DNA of 64,000 nucleotides. Origin: Kiritimatiellia bacterium. Its GTDB lineage: Bacteria; Verrucomicrobiota; Kiritimatiellia; RFP12; UBA1067. Both the position numbers and the translations under genes were made by a program. Under the pieces are notes generated by a model that was not told the DNA's origin, made no database searches, and worked only from the letters and a program-made list of their open reading frames with translations. Positions within the stretch are counted from its first letter, which is position 1. Every line of letters starts with the position of its first letter. This document shows positions 37,048 to 46,250 of this stretch, piece after piece. The DNA lies in NCBI GenBank assembly GCA_017427485.1, contig JAFRSR010000142.1:1862-65861 (forward strand), written 5' to 3'.

Positions 37048-37077
37048 CCGTATGGAGAGCCGCCATCTGGACGGCGC
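37048..37077 (+). repeat. degenerate copy of the CCATATGGGGAG-type hairpin element
   Basis: ccgtatggagagccgccatctggacggcgc compares with ccatatggggagccgccgtctcggcggc at 49760 and 53819. Confidence 0.55.
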
Positions 37078-37198
37078 ATGACCGCGAACATCGCTTGAAT
37101 TTCCCCACGCGTCTCCTACAAAAGGTGTGCGGGGGACTAGATTTTTTCCGCCATTTCGTGTAAAATACACTCTCACATACACCCGAATAGGAGACCGA

Positions 37199-38155
37199 AT
37201 GAACAGACGAGACTTTTTGAAGGGCGGCGCGGTGGCCGGACTGGCCGCAGCCTGCGCGACGGCCCGCGGCGAGGGCTGTTGCGGGAACGGCATGCCGAAG
37301 CTGACGCCGCCCGCGAAACCGGCCCAGCTGAACCTCTGCCTCCAGTGGTGGCTGATCCCCACGAAGGACGACATCAACGCGAAGCTCGACTATCTTGAGG
37401 CGAACGATTTCCAGGCTGTCGAGATCACCTCCAAGCTCGACTGGCTCCGCGAGCAGGGGCCGAAGCTCGTGGACGCGCTCAAGGGGCGCAAGCTCTTCCT
37501 CACCACCGCGTGCGGCCCCTCCCGCTTCGACTACGCCGACAAGGCGAAGAACGACGCCGAGGTGGAGCGTTTCATGCCGGTTCTCGAGATCCTCGGCCAG
37601 ATGAAGGCCATCGGCCTCATCATCTGTCCGGCGCGCGGCAAGCCCGAGGTGGGGTTGAAGGAGCTACGCGAGGACTTCGTGACCAACACGGGCAAGCGCC
37701 TCGCGGAAAAGGCGGCGGCGTGCGGCACGTCCATCGTGCTGGAGCCCCTGCGCCGCGGCGAGACGCCGTTCCTCCGCCAGGTGGCGGACGGCGCGAAGAT
37801 GGCGCAGGAGATTGGCGCGGGCTGCACGGTGATGGGCGACTTCTGGCACATGATGTGGGAGGAGCCGAGCTACTTCGCCGCGTTCGTGGCGGCCGGCAAG
37901 CTGCTCACGCACGTGCACATCGCCTCGCTCGGCAACCGCAAGGTGCCGGGCACGGACGGCGCGCTCGACAACTACGTGGACGGCTTCAAGGGGCTCAAGT
38001 TCATCGGCTACCGCGGCGCGGTGTCGATGGAATGCGGCTTCCCGGCCAAGGGCAAGGACGCCAAGGGCAAGCCGATCATGCCCAACGAGGCCGAGCGGCA
38101 TGTCCTCATCCAGAACATGGTCAGGCTCCTGCGCCAGCAGTGGGCGGAGGCGTGA
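37199..38155 (+). CDS. Tat-signal sugar phosphate isomerase/epimerase (xylose-isomerase-like TIM barrel)
   Basis: SD aggag followed by ATG 37199. Twin-arginine N-terminus MNRRDFLKGGAVAGLAAACATARG. TIM-barrel layout with IVLEPL...HVHIAS. Confidence 0.65.
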   Translation: MNRRDFLKGGAVAGLAAACATARGEGCCGNGMPKLTPPAKPAQLNLCLQWWLIPTKDDINAKLDYLEANDFQAVEITSKLDWLREQGPKLVDALKGRKLFLTTACGPSRFDYADKAKNDAEVERFMPVLEILGQMKAIGLIICPARGKPEVGLKELREDFVTNTGKRLAEKAAACGTSIVLEPLRRGETPFLRQVADGAKMAQEIGAGCTVMGDFWHMMWEEPSYFAAFVAAGKLLTHVHIASLGNRKVPGTDGALDNYVDGFKGLKFIGYRGAVSMECGFPAKGKDAKGKPIMPNEAERHVLIQNMVRLLRQQWAEA

Positions 38156-38173
38156 GGAAAGACCGATGAGGAA

Positions 38174-38247
38174 GGACAGAGGACAGATGACAAAGGACAA
38201 AGGATCGCTGTTCCAGCCTTTGTCTGCTGTCCTTTGTCCTTTGTCCT
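38174..38247. repeat. GGACAGA/GGACAAA heptad inverted-repeat hairpin
   Basis: Left arm ggacaga ggacaga tgacaaa ggacaaa gga. Right arm cctttgtctgctgtcctttgtcctttgtcct. It lies directly after the stop at 38155, so it may act as a terminator or intercistronic structure. Confidence 0.85.
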
Positions 38248-38278
38248 AAAAATTTTGAAAACCAATAAGGAAAAACAA

Positions 38279-39679
38279 ATGAAAAGAAGAGACTTCATCA
38301 AGACGGGCGCGGTGGCGGCAGTTGCGGCTGCGGCGCAGGGCGTGCACGCGCAGGGCGCGGGGCGCGAGATCCGCGTGGCGGTCGTCGGTTGCGGCGGACG
38401 CGGCACGGGCGGCGGCTACAAGCAGCTCAATGAAAACGACTTCTATCGCCAGGGCGCGCTCGGCAACCTCCTGGAGGCGGCGAAGATCCTCCGCGGCGAG
38501 GGCGTGAACGTGACGGTGAAGCCCGTCGCCTTCGCGGACTACTTCCTCGAAAAGGCACAGGGTGCGGCGAAGAAGTTCGGCGTGGACGAGAAGAACGCCT
38601 ACGGCGGCGCGAACGGCTACAAGGAGATCATGAAGCGCGCCGACGTGGACGTGGTGATCCTCACGACGCCGCTCAACTTCCGTCCGATCCACACGATGGC
38701 GGCCATCCAGGCCGGCAAGCATGTGTTCGCCGAGAAGGGCGTGGCCGTGGACGGCCCTGGCGTGCGCCTCATGATCGCGGCGTCGAAGCTCGCGGCGGAG
38801 AAGAAGCTCACGATCGTGTGCGGCACGCAGCGCCGCCACCAGAAGGGCTATCTGATGGTGAAGAAGGCCCTCGACGAGGGCAAGCTCGGCACGATCCTCG
38901 GCGGCGAGGTGTACTGGAACGGCCGCGTGCCGTGGGTGCGCGCCCGCCAGCCGGGACAGTCGAACAAGGACTACCTCTGCAACAACTGGCTGAACTTCGC
39001 CGAGCTCTCGGGCGACCACATCTGCGAGCAGCACGTCCACAACATCGACGTGGCGAACTGGTTCCTCGGCCGCTATCCGAAGACCGTGGTGGCCTTCGGC
39101 GCCCGTTCCCGCCGCGTGAGCGGCAACCAGTACGACTGCTTCAGCGGCGACTTCGACTACGGCGACGGCGTGCACATCCACTCCATGTGCCGTCAGGTCG
39201 AGGCCTGCGCGAGCAACGTGAGCGAGCTGTTCCGCACCGAGAAGGCGGTCCTCACCGGCACCACCGCGAAGACGCCCGACGGCAAGCGCATCGAGCTTGA
39301 CGAGTCCAATTTCCGCGGCGAGAGTCCCTATGTGGTGGAGCACATCGACATGCTGAAGTCGATCCTCGGCTGCGGTCCCTACTACAACGAGGGCGAGGCG
39401 TGCGCGATTTCCACCGCCTGCGGCGTGATGATCCGCATCTCCGCCTACACGGGCCAGATGGTGGCGCTGAACCAGCTCCTCTCGAACGAGAAGAGCCCCT
39501 GGTACAACTTCGCCTGCACGCCCACGCCCGAGGACTTCGAGAAGGCCGGCGACGTGGCGATGCCCGAATGCGGCGACAACGAGTGGGCGCTCCCCGGCAA
39601 GCCGTGGCGCGACCTGCCGAAGGGCACGCCGACCTCGGACAAGGCCACGCAAGGCGCACCGCTGGGGTACAGGGTGTAG
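38279..39679 (+). CDS. Tat-signal Gfo/Idh/MocA family oxidoreductase
   Basis: Twin-arginine N-terminus MKRRDFIKTGAVAAVAAAAQGVHA. Rossmann motif IRVAVVGCGGRGTG. Typical AEKGVAV and EQHVHNIDV blocks. Confidence 0.8.
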   Translation: MKRRDFIKTGAVAAVAAAAQGVHAQGAGREIRVAVVGCGGRGTGGGYKQLNENDFYRQGALGNLLEAAKILRGEGVNVTVKPVAFADYFLEKAQGAAKKFGVDEKNAYGGANGYKEIMKRADVDVVILTTPLNFRPIHTMAAIQAGKHVFAEKGVAVDGPGVRLMIAASKLAAEKKLTIVCGTQRRHQKGYLMVKKALDEGKLGTILGGEVYWNGRVPWVRARQPGQSNKDYLCNNWLNFAELSGDHICEQHVHNIDVANWFLGRYPKTVVAFGARSRRVSGNQYDCFSGDFDYGDGVHIHSMCRQVEACASNVSELFRTEKAVLTGTTAKTPDGKRIELDESNFRGESPYVVEHIDMLKSILGCGPYYNEGEACAISTACGVMIRISAYTGQMVALNQLLSNEKSPWYNFACTPTPEDFEKAGDVAMPECGDNEWALPGKPWRDLPKGTPTSDKATQGAPLGYRV

Positions 39680-39713
39680 TTGATAATGACGAATGACGAG
39701 TTGAGAAAGGGAG

Positions 39714-41066
39714 ATGATTGATTCGGTTTGGCTGAAGGCGCGCGCCGACGACGTGCGGCGCGTGGACGCGATCGACCCCGCGTTGTACCAGAAGTACAAC
39801 GTGAAGCGCGGGCTTCGCAACACAGACGGCACGGGCGTGCTGGTGGGCTTGACGACCATCGGCAACGTCCACGGCTACGTCGTCTCGGAAGGGGAGAAGC
39901 AGGCCGTCCCCGGCCAGCTCTTCTACCGGGGAATCGACGTGGTCGACCTCGTGCGCGCCTGTGAACGCGAGAAGCGCTTCGGGTTCGAGGAATGCGCCTA
40001 CCTGCTGCTCTTCGGCGAGCTGCCCACGGCGGCGCAGCTCGCGGAGTGGCAGGGGCTGCTGGCCGAACACCGACGTCTTCCCGACGGCTTCAAGGAAAAG
40101 GCGATCGTGCACGCGCCGGGCATGGACCTCATGAACTCCATCGCCCGCGCGGTGCTGACCGCCTACACCTACGACACCACGCCGGACCTCCTCGACATCG
40201 AGACGAACCTCCGCCAGGCCGTGGAGCTGATCGCGGGCTTCCCCACGATCGCCGCGTACGCCTACCAGGCCAAGGCCCACTACCACCTCGGGCGCGCGCT
40301 CATGATGCGCTATCCCGACCCCACGCACGGCACGGCGGAGAACATCCTCACGCTCATCCGTGAAGACGGCACCTACTCGCGGCTCGAGGCCGAGACGCTC
40401 GACCTCGCGCTGATCCTCCACGCCGAGCACGGCGGCGGCAACAACTCGAGTTTCGTGACGCATGTCATCACCTCCTCGTTCTCGGACATGTACTCCACCG
40501 TGGCCGCCGCCACGCTCTCCCTCAAGGGCAGCCGCCACGGCGGCGCGAACCTCCGCACGATGCGGCAGATGGCCGAGATGAAGCGGAACATCCGCACGTG
40601 GACGGATGCCGACGAGGTGGCCGACTACATCGCGAAGATCGTGCGCCGCGAGGCGGGCGACGGAACGGGGCTCGTCTACGGCCTCGGACACGCCGTGTAC
40701 ACCATCTCCGACCCGCGCGCCCAGCTCCTCAAGGAGAAGGCGAAGATGCTCGCCGAGGCGAACGGCCGCATGGACGAGTTCGTGCTCTACGACGCGATCG
40801 AGACGCTTGGCCCCGGCATCATCCAGCAGATCCATCCCGGCGCGCGCGACGTGTGCGCCAACGTGGACCTCTACAGCGGTTTTGTCTACGACATGCTCGG
40901 CATCCCGCATGACCTCTACACGCCGCTCTTCGCCGTCGGCCGCGTCGTGGGCTGGTGCGCGCACCGCATGGAGGAGCTCGTAAACGGCGGGCCGATCATC
41001 CGTCCCGCCTACAAGCCCGTCTACAAGCGGGCCCGGCCCTACGAACCGATGGAGGCGCGCGGGTGA
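39714..41066 (+). CDS. gltA: citrate synthase
   Basis: LILHAEHGGGNNSSF, GSRHGGAN and GLGHAVYTISDPR are citrate synthase signature regions. Confidence 0.85.
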   Translation: MIDSVWLKARADDVRRVDAIDPALYQKYNVKRGLRNTDGTGVLVGLTTIGNVHGYVVSEGEKQAVPGQLFYRGIDVVDLVRACEREKRFGFEECAYLLLFGELPTAAQLAEWQGLLAEHRRLPDGFKEKAIVHAPGMDLMNSIARAVLTAYTYDTTPDLLDIETNLRQAVELIAGFPTIAAYAYQAKAHYHLGRALMMRYPDPTHGTAENILTLIREDGTYSRLEAETLDLALILHAEHGGGNNSSFVTHVITSSFSDMYSTVAAATLSLKGSRHGGANLRTMRQMAEMKRNIRTWTDADEVADYIAKIVRREAGDGTGLVYGLGHAVYTISDPRAQLLKEKAKMLAEANGRMDEFVLYDAIETLGPGIIQQIHPGARDVCANVDLYSGFVYDMLGIPHDLYTPLFAVGRVVGWCAHRMEELVNGGPIIRPAYKPVYKRARPYEPMEARG

Positions 41067-42358
41067 CCGCCGCCGCCGAGGGCGGAACGCCACCGGGACG
41101 GATCTATTCCGTCACGGCACTGACCAAGTCGATCCGAAAGAACCTGCTGTCCAACAACGCCAAGCTCGCCGGGTTCTGGATCGAAGGCGAGGTCTCCGGC
41201 AACAAAATCTACGGCTCCGGACATCGGTATTTCGCGCTCAAGGACGCGAACGCGACGATTTCCTGCGTGCTGTTCGCCTTCAACGTCGGCAACTGCGACG
41301 AGGTTTTCCTTGCCGCGCTCCGGCAGGGAGAGTCGGCCGTCAACGGTCTGAAGGTGCAGGCGCAGGGCGAGCTCGACCTCAACATGGGTCGTGGGCAGTA
41401 CTCCTTCAAGGTGAAACGCCTGCGCATCGCCGGCCAGGGCGACAAGATGGCCGCCTTCAACGCGCTCAAGGCGAGGCTCGAGGCCGAAGGCCTCAACAAG
41501 CTCGACCACCCCGACCTCCGGCGCCCCCTGCCGTTCCTGCCGCATCGGATCGCCATCGTCACGTCGCCTTCCGGCGCCGTGATCCACGACATGTGCACGG
41601 TCCTCACGCGCCGTTTCCCCAACCTCGAGATCCGCCTTTTCCCCGTGAAGGTGCAGGGCGAGGGCGCGGCGGCGGAGATCGTGGGCGGAATCGAGTTCTT
41701 CAACACGAGCGCGTGGGTGCCCGACGTGCTGATCGTCGGGCGCGGCGGCGGGTCGGTGGAGGACCTCTGGGCCTTCAACGAGGAGCCCGTCGTGCGGGCC
41801 GTGGCCGCGTCGCGGGTTCCCGTGATCAGCGCCGTGGGGCACGAGTCCGACACGACGCTGTGCGACTACGTGGCGGACCTCCGCGCCGGCACGCCGTCCA
41901 TCGCCGCCGAATGCGCCGTGCCCGTGAAGGCGGAACTCCTGGCGCGCGTGCAGGAGCTCGCGGCGCGCCTTGAGAAGGCGCCCCAGCAGGCGCATGAATC
42001 GCTTGTGCAGCGCATCGACGACCTTTCTTTCCGCCTCGGCGCGCACCTGCGGGAAGTGTCGGCCGCGTTCGAGCGCCGTCTCCAGCGCGTGGAGCTGCGC
42101 CTCTCCCCGGCGATGTCGGCGGCTTACCAGCGCGCGGAGAGCCGGTTGAAAAGCGCCGCCGCCGGCCTGCGCCATCTTTCGCCGTACGGCGTCCTCGAGC
42201 GCGGGTATTCGATCACGCTCAACGCGGAGGGACGCGTGGTGCGCGGCGTGGACGGCCTTGCGCCGGGGACGCGTCTCGCGACGCGCCTCGCGGACGGCAC
42301 GGCGACGTCCGTCGTCGAGTCGGTCGACCGCGAGCCGCAACGGGAGAGCGCGGCATGA
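41063..42358 (+). CDS. xseA: exodeoxyribonuclease VII large subunit
   Basis: GTG 41063 overlaps the gltA stop (GTGA). OB-fold FWIEGEVSGNK...HRYFALKD. Core IVGRGGGSVEDLWAFNEE. SAVGHESD. C-terminal helical region. Confidence 0.85.
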   Translation: MTAAAEGGTPPGRIYSVTALTKSIRKNLLSNNAKLAGFWIEGEVSGNKIYGSGHRYFALKDANATISCVLFAFNVGNCDEVFLAALRQGESAVNGLKVQAQGELDLNMGRGQYSFKVKRLRIAGQGDKMAAFNALKARLEAEGLNKLDHPDLRRPLPFLPHRIAIVTSPSGAVIHDMCTVLTRRFPNLEIRLFPVKVQGEGAAAEIVGGIEFFNTSAWVPDVLIVGRGGGSVEDLWAFNEEPVVRAVAASRVPVISAVGHESDTTLCDYVADLRAGTPSIAAECAVPVKAELLARVQELAARLEKAPQQAHESLVQRIDDLSFRLGAHLREVSAAFERRLQRVELRLSPAMSAAYQRAESRLKSAAAGLRHLSPYGVLERGYSITLNAEGRVVRGVDGLAPGTRLATRLADGTATSVVESVDREPQRESAA

Positions 42359-43173
42359 CGGGCCTGTGCGCATGGCTGGCCGCGCGTTTCGGGCGCGGGG
42401 GCGAGGCCGCGGCGCAGGGACCGCTGCGCTTCGACGTGGCGGCGGCGTCGGACCGCGGGCTCGTGCGGCCGGAGAACGAGGATTCCTACCTGATGCGTCC
42501 GGACGACTTCTTCCTCGCCGTCGCGGACGGCATGGGCGGCGGCGCGGACGGGGCGCTTGCGAGCGCCTGGATCAGCGAGGCGTTCAAGGAGTTGCTGGCG
42601 GATCCCCCGGCGGGGTTCCGCAGGCGCGTGAAGGGCGTGGGGGCGGCGCTGGACGCGGCCAACGCGCGCATCCGCGCGTACATGAAGGAGCGCGGCATCA
42701 AGATGATGGGGTCCACGGCGGCGGCGCTGCTGGCGGACCCGGCGCGTCCCGCGCGCGCCGTGATCGCGCACGTGGGCGACAGCCGCATCTACCGGTGGCG
42801 GAGGGGGAAGGGCTCGCTGCTCACGCGCGACCACACGGTGGGAGACGAGCTCGGCCGCGCGCACGTGAGCGACTCGGAGGCGGCGGCGCTCAAGAGCCGG
42901 AAGAACCCGCTTTCGCACATTCTCACGCGGGCCGTCGGCACGGGGTTCAAGGTGCGCCCCGACTGGCGCAAGATCGACCTCCGCGCCGGCGACCGCTACC
43001 TGCTCTGCACGGACGGCGTGCACGACGTCCTGAGCGACGAGCAGGTGTCCGCGCTCCTCGGCCGCGCGAAGACGCCCGCGGAAGCGGTGAAGGCGTTCGC
43101 GCGCGACGTGATCGCGCGCGGCGCCCCCGACAACTACACGCTCGTCTGCGCCTTCGTGAAAAAAGGCGGCTGA
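42355..43173 (+). CDS. PP2C-family Ser/Thr protein phosphatase
   Basis: ENEDSYL, AVADGMGGGADG, AHVGDSRIY and LLCTDGV motifs. The start overlaps the xseA stop (ATGA). Confidence 0.8.
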   Translation: MTGLCAWLAARFGRGGEAAAQGPLRFDVAAASDRGLVRPENEDSYLMRPDDFFLAVADGMGGGADGALASAWISEAFKELLADPPAGFRRRVKGVGAALDAANARIRAYMKERGIKMMGSTAAALLADPARPARAVIAHVGDSRIYRWRRGKGSLLTRDHTVGDELGRAHVSDSEAAALKSRKNPLSHILTRAVGTGFKVRPDWRKIDLRAGDRYLLCTDGVHDVLSDEQVSALLGRAKTPAEAVKAFARDVIARGAPDNYTLVCAFVKKGG

Positions 43174-43199
43174 CCGTTCAACATCCAGGAGAAACGAAA

Positions 43200-44276
43200 A
43201 TGGCAAAACTGACCGACATCTCGTGGGAGGCGTTCGAGAACCTGCCCCTCGAGGCGAAACGCCCCTATCTGGAAAACGCCACGATCCCCAACACGCCCTA
43301 CCACACGCTTTTCGCGCAGCAGTTCGACCGCGACCTGCTGGAGCGCCTCGCGGCGCTCGCGAACCGCATCCGCTTCATGGCGAAGAGCAAGGAGGGCGCG
43401 CTCTACCTGAAGTCACTCCTTCCGCACAAGCGCGCGATGCTCTACTTCTCCCAGCCCAGCTCCCGCACGTTCCTCAGCCACCTCGCCGCCTGCCAGATCC
43501 TGGGGCTCACGACGGGCAGCGTGCGCGACGCCGCCACGTCGAGCGAGTTCAAGGGCGAGTCGCGCGAGGACTCCATCCGCACCTTCTCCAGCTACTTCGA
43601 CATGATCATCATGCGCACGCCGGAGAAGGGCCTCGCCGAGCACATGGCGTGGGAGCTGTCGAACTCGTCGCGTCCGATCCCGATCATCAACGCGGGCTCC
43701 GGCAAGGACCAGCACCCCACGCAGGCGCTGCTCGACATCTACACGCTCCTCCGTTCCTTCGAGACGAAGGGCGGCCTGCACGACCGCACCGTCACGTTCT
43801 GCGGCGACCTCCTGCGCGGCCGCACGGTGCGCTCGCTCAGCTACCTCCTCACGAACTTCGCCAACATCCGCCAGGTGTTCGTGGCGCCGCCGCAGCTGCA
43901 GGTGCCGGCGGACGTGCTGGAGATCCTCGACGCGAAGGGCGTGTCGTACGAGGTGTCGGAGGACCTCCGCGCCGCCGTGAAGGTGTCGGACGCCGTCTAC
44001 ATGACGCGCATCCAGGACGAGTGGGACCAGTCGAAGGGCGAGTCGGCGCGGATCGACACGCATCTCTTCAAGTTCGGCGCGGAGGAGCTGAAGCTCCTGC
44101 CGCCCGACGGCATCATCATGCACCCGCTGCCGCGCCGCGACGAAATCGCCACGTGCTGCGACCACGACCCGCGCGCGATGTACTGGCGCCAGATGCGCAA
44201 CGGCATGTGGGTGAGGTCGGCGCTGATCGCGATGACGTTCGGCTTCGAGAAGCAGATCATGTGCTTCGGGGCGTAG
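43200..44276 (+). CDS. pyrB: aspartate carbamoyltransferase-like protein with an N-terminal extension
   Basis: SSRT (carbamoyl-phosphate site, variant of STRTR), IIMRTP, QHPTQALLD, GDLLRGRTVRSL, TRIQDEW and HPLPRRDEI. Confidence 0.6.
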   Translation: MAKLTDISWEAFENLPLEAKRPYLENATIPNTPYHTLFAQQFDRDLLERLAALANRIRFMAKSKEGALYLKSLLPHKRAMLYFSQPSSRTFLSHLAACQILGLTTGSVRDAATSSEFKGESREDSIRTFSSYFDMIIMRTPEKGLAEHMAWELSNSSRPIPIINAGSGKDQHPTQALLDIYTLLRSFETKGGLHDRTVTFCGDLLRGRTVRSLSYLLTNFANIRQVFVAPPQLQVPADVLEILDAKGVSYEVSEDLRAAVKVSDAVYMTRIQDEWDQSKGESARIDTHLFKFGAEELKLLPPDGIIMHPLPRRDEIATCCDHDPRAMYWRQMRNGMWVRSALIAMTFGFEKQIMCFGA

Positions 44277-44277
44277 G

Positions 44278-45003
44278 ATGCCGACGGCATACGAGATGCG
44301 CGCGGCGGCGTGGCGCAAGATGAAGGAAGGCGCGCTGCTGCCCCTGCTCGCCGGCTTCGCGCTGCTCTTCCTGCTGGGTTCGTTGTTCGACGCGGCGGTC
44401 AACCTGTTCGGCAAGTGGCAGGGCTGGATCACGGCGGTTCCGATTCTCGACGTTGTGGACCAGCTGGGCATCACGCTGGAACCCGACCAGGAGAAGGCGT
44501 TGGCGGCCGTCACCATCTCGCAGGCCACGCCTGCCTACCAGGCGGCCACTCTCGTGGTGAACGCCCTTTGGGAGGGCGTCCTCGCGTTCGGCGGTTCCGT
44601 AATCGCCATCGCCGCCATGCGCGGAGGCGCAACGGCGTTCCAGGCTCTGTCCGGATTCCGCTGGCCGTTCCGCACCGCCGGACTCGGGTTCCTGCGCATG
44701 TTGCTGGTTTTCCTCTGGTCGCTTCTGCTCGTCGTTCCGGGCATCCGCGCGGCCTACTCCTACCGGATGGCGTTCTACCTGCTCGCGGACCATCCGGACT
44801 GGGCGCCAGGGCAGGCGATCGCCGAGTCAAAACGCCTCATGCACGGCCACCGGTGGCGGCTGTTCTGCCTTGACGTCTCTTTCTTGGGCTGGTTCCTGCT
44901 CGTAGGCGTCACGCGCGGACTGGCCGGCATCTTCGTGATGCCCTATTTCGCGACTGCGAACGCCGCGTTCTACGAAGACCTCCTCGACCGGGACGGGCGC
45001 TAA
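44278..45003 (+). CDS. integral membrane protein, DUF975-like
   Basis: Several hydrophobic helices. The N-terminal ...AWRKMKEGALLPLLAGF... and overall size resemble DUF975 proteins. The call is tentative. Confidence 0.4.
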   Translation: MPTAYEMRAAAWRKMKEGALLPLLAGFALLFLLGSLFDAAVNLFGKWQGWITAVPILDVVDQLGITLEPDQEKALAAVTISQATPAYQAATLVVNALWEGVLAFGGSVIAIAAMRGGATAFQALSGFRWPFRTAGLGFLRMLLVFLWSLLLVVPGIRAAYSYRMAFYLLADHPDWAPGQAIAESKRLMHGHRWRLFCLDVSFLGWFLLVGVTRGLAGIFVMPYFATANAAFYEDLLDRDGR

Positions 45004-45015
45004 TACGCGATGTGG

Positions 45016-45034
45016 CAAGGCCGCCTCGGCCTTG
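45016..45034. terminator. short GC hairpin between convergent genes
   Basis: caaggcc gcctc ggccttg has a 7-bp stem and lies between the stops at 45003 (+) and 45042 (-). Confidence 0.45.
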
Positions 45035-45041
45035 TTGCGTG

Positions 45042-46055
45042 TTAGAGCTCGATCTCGGCCGTGACGGGGAAGTGGTCCGACGGATAGAGCTGCGTGCCGG
45101 GACGCGGATCGGCGTGCGTGGCGTAGCGCTTGACCTTCACGCCGGGCGACACGTAGATGTAGTCGATGCGCGGGCCGCAGTCCTCCCACACGTAACCGCC
45201 GTTCTTCTTCTTGTCGGCGTCGGGCGACCCCTTGCGGGCGTTGCGGACGTTCGGCTGCAGCTTCATCGCGTCGACGGCGGGGTACTCGCGGTCGCGCCAC
45301 TTCCAGCCGGAGAACGTGCGCCAGGGACCCTCGGGCGGCGTCTCGGAGACGTAGAGGGCGTTCTTCAGAATCTTCGAGACGGCCTGCGCCGGCTCCTCCG
45401 TCTCGCGGCAGTTGTGGTCGCCGGTGAACACGATGGGCGTGCCGGCCGGCGCGAACTCCTTCATGCGCTTGATGATGAGCAGCATGCCCTCCTTGCGCGC
45501 GAGGGCCGAGACGTGGTCCGTGTGTGTGTTCGCGAAGCAGAACTGCTTGCCGGTGCGGCGGTCCTTGAGGAGCGCCCAGCTGCAGACGCGCGGGCAGGCC
45601 GCGCCCCAGCCCTTGAGACCGGGGACGTCGGGCGTTTCGGAAAGCCAGAACGTGCCGCCCTTGACGCATTCGAAGCGGTTCGTGCGGAAGTAGATCGAGG
45701 AGGCCTCGTCGCTCTTGCGGTCCGCGCCGCGGTGCTCGCCGTACTTCGCGTAGTCGGGGAAGTTTTTGTCGAGGAACTCGGCCTGGTCGGGCTTGACCTC
45801 CTGGAGCCCGAACGCATCGAGGTCGAGCTTGCGGATGAGGGCGATGAGGTCGTTCTTGCGGTTCGCCCACGCGTTGGGCGTGCCTTTGTCGCCGGACGAG
45901 AGGCGGATGTTGTAGGAGGCCACGCGTACGGTGGCGGCGGGCTGGGGCGCGGTTGCCGCCGGGGCCTGGCCACGGGATTCGGCATGTTGGGAGGTTCCGC
46001 AGCCGACCTGCAGGAGGGCGGCTGCGACTGCGGCGATCAAGGGAAGCTTTTTCAT
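45042..46055 (-). CDS. endonuclease/exonuclease/phosphatase (EEP) family lipoprotein
   Basis: Lipobox LLQVGCG. N-terminal VASYNIR and C-terminal YPSDHFPV are EEP motifs. Confidence 0.75.
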   Translation of the reverse strand: MKKLPLIAAVAAALLQVGCGTSQHAESRGQAPAATAPQPAATVRVASYNIRLSSGDKGTPNAWANRKNDLIALIRKLDLDAFGLQEVKPDQAEFLDKNFPDYAKYGEHRGADRKSDEASSIYFRTNRFECVKGGTFWLSETPDVPGLKGWGAACPRVCSWALLKDRRTGKQFCFANTHTDHVSALARKEGMLLIIKRMKEFAPAGTPIVFTGDHNCRETEEPAQAVSKILKNALYVSETPPEGPWRTFSGWKWRDREYPAVDAMKLQPNVRNARKGSPDADKKKNGGYVWEDCGPRIDYIYVSPGVKVKRYATHADPRPGTQLYPSDHFPVTAEIEL

Positions 46056-46084
46056 GTTGTTTTTCCTTCTTGTTGACGGCGGAA

Positions 46085-46093
46085 ATTATACCA
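46085..46093 (-). promoter_or_regulatory. extended -10 box (TGGTATAAT) for the EEP gene
   Basis: The minus strand reads ctatggtataatttccgcc, followed by a short leader with the SD aaggaaaaa before ATG 46055. Confidence 0.45.
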
Positions 46094-46250
46094 TAGTTTT
46101 CCGAAGAGTCCAAGTGGCATGGCGTCTTCAGTTAGGCAGAAGAGAATCAATCGATGATCGGAAGTTTGCAAAAAAGTCTAGACCATTGGACGAGACGGGG
46201 GGGAATTCGGGTATAATAATGGCAATGTTGCCTGGAGGAAGGAAGAAGCC

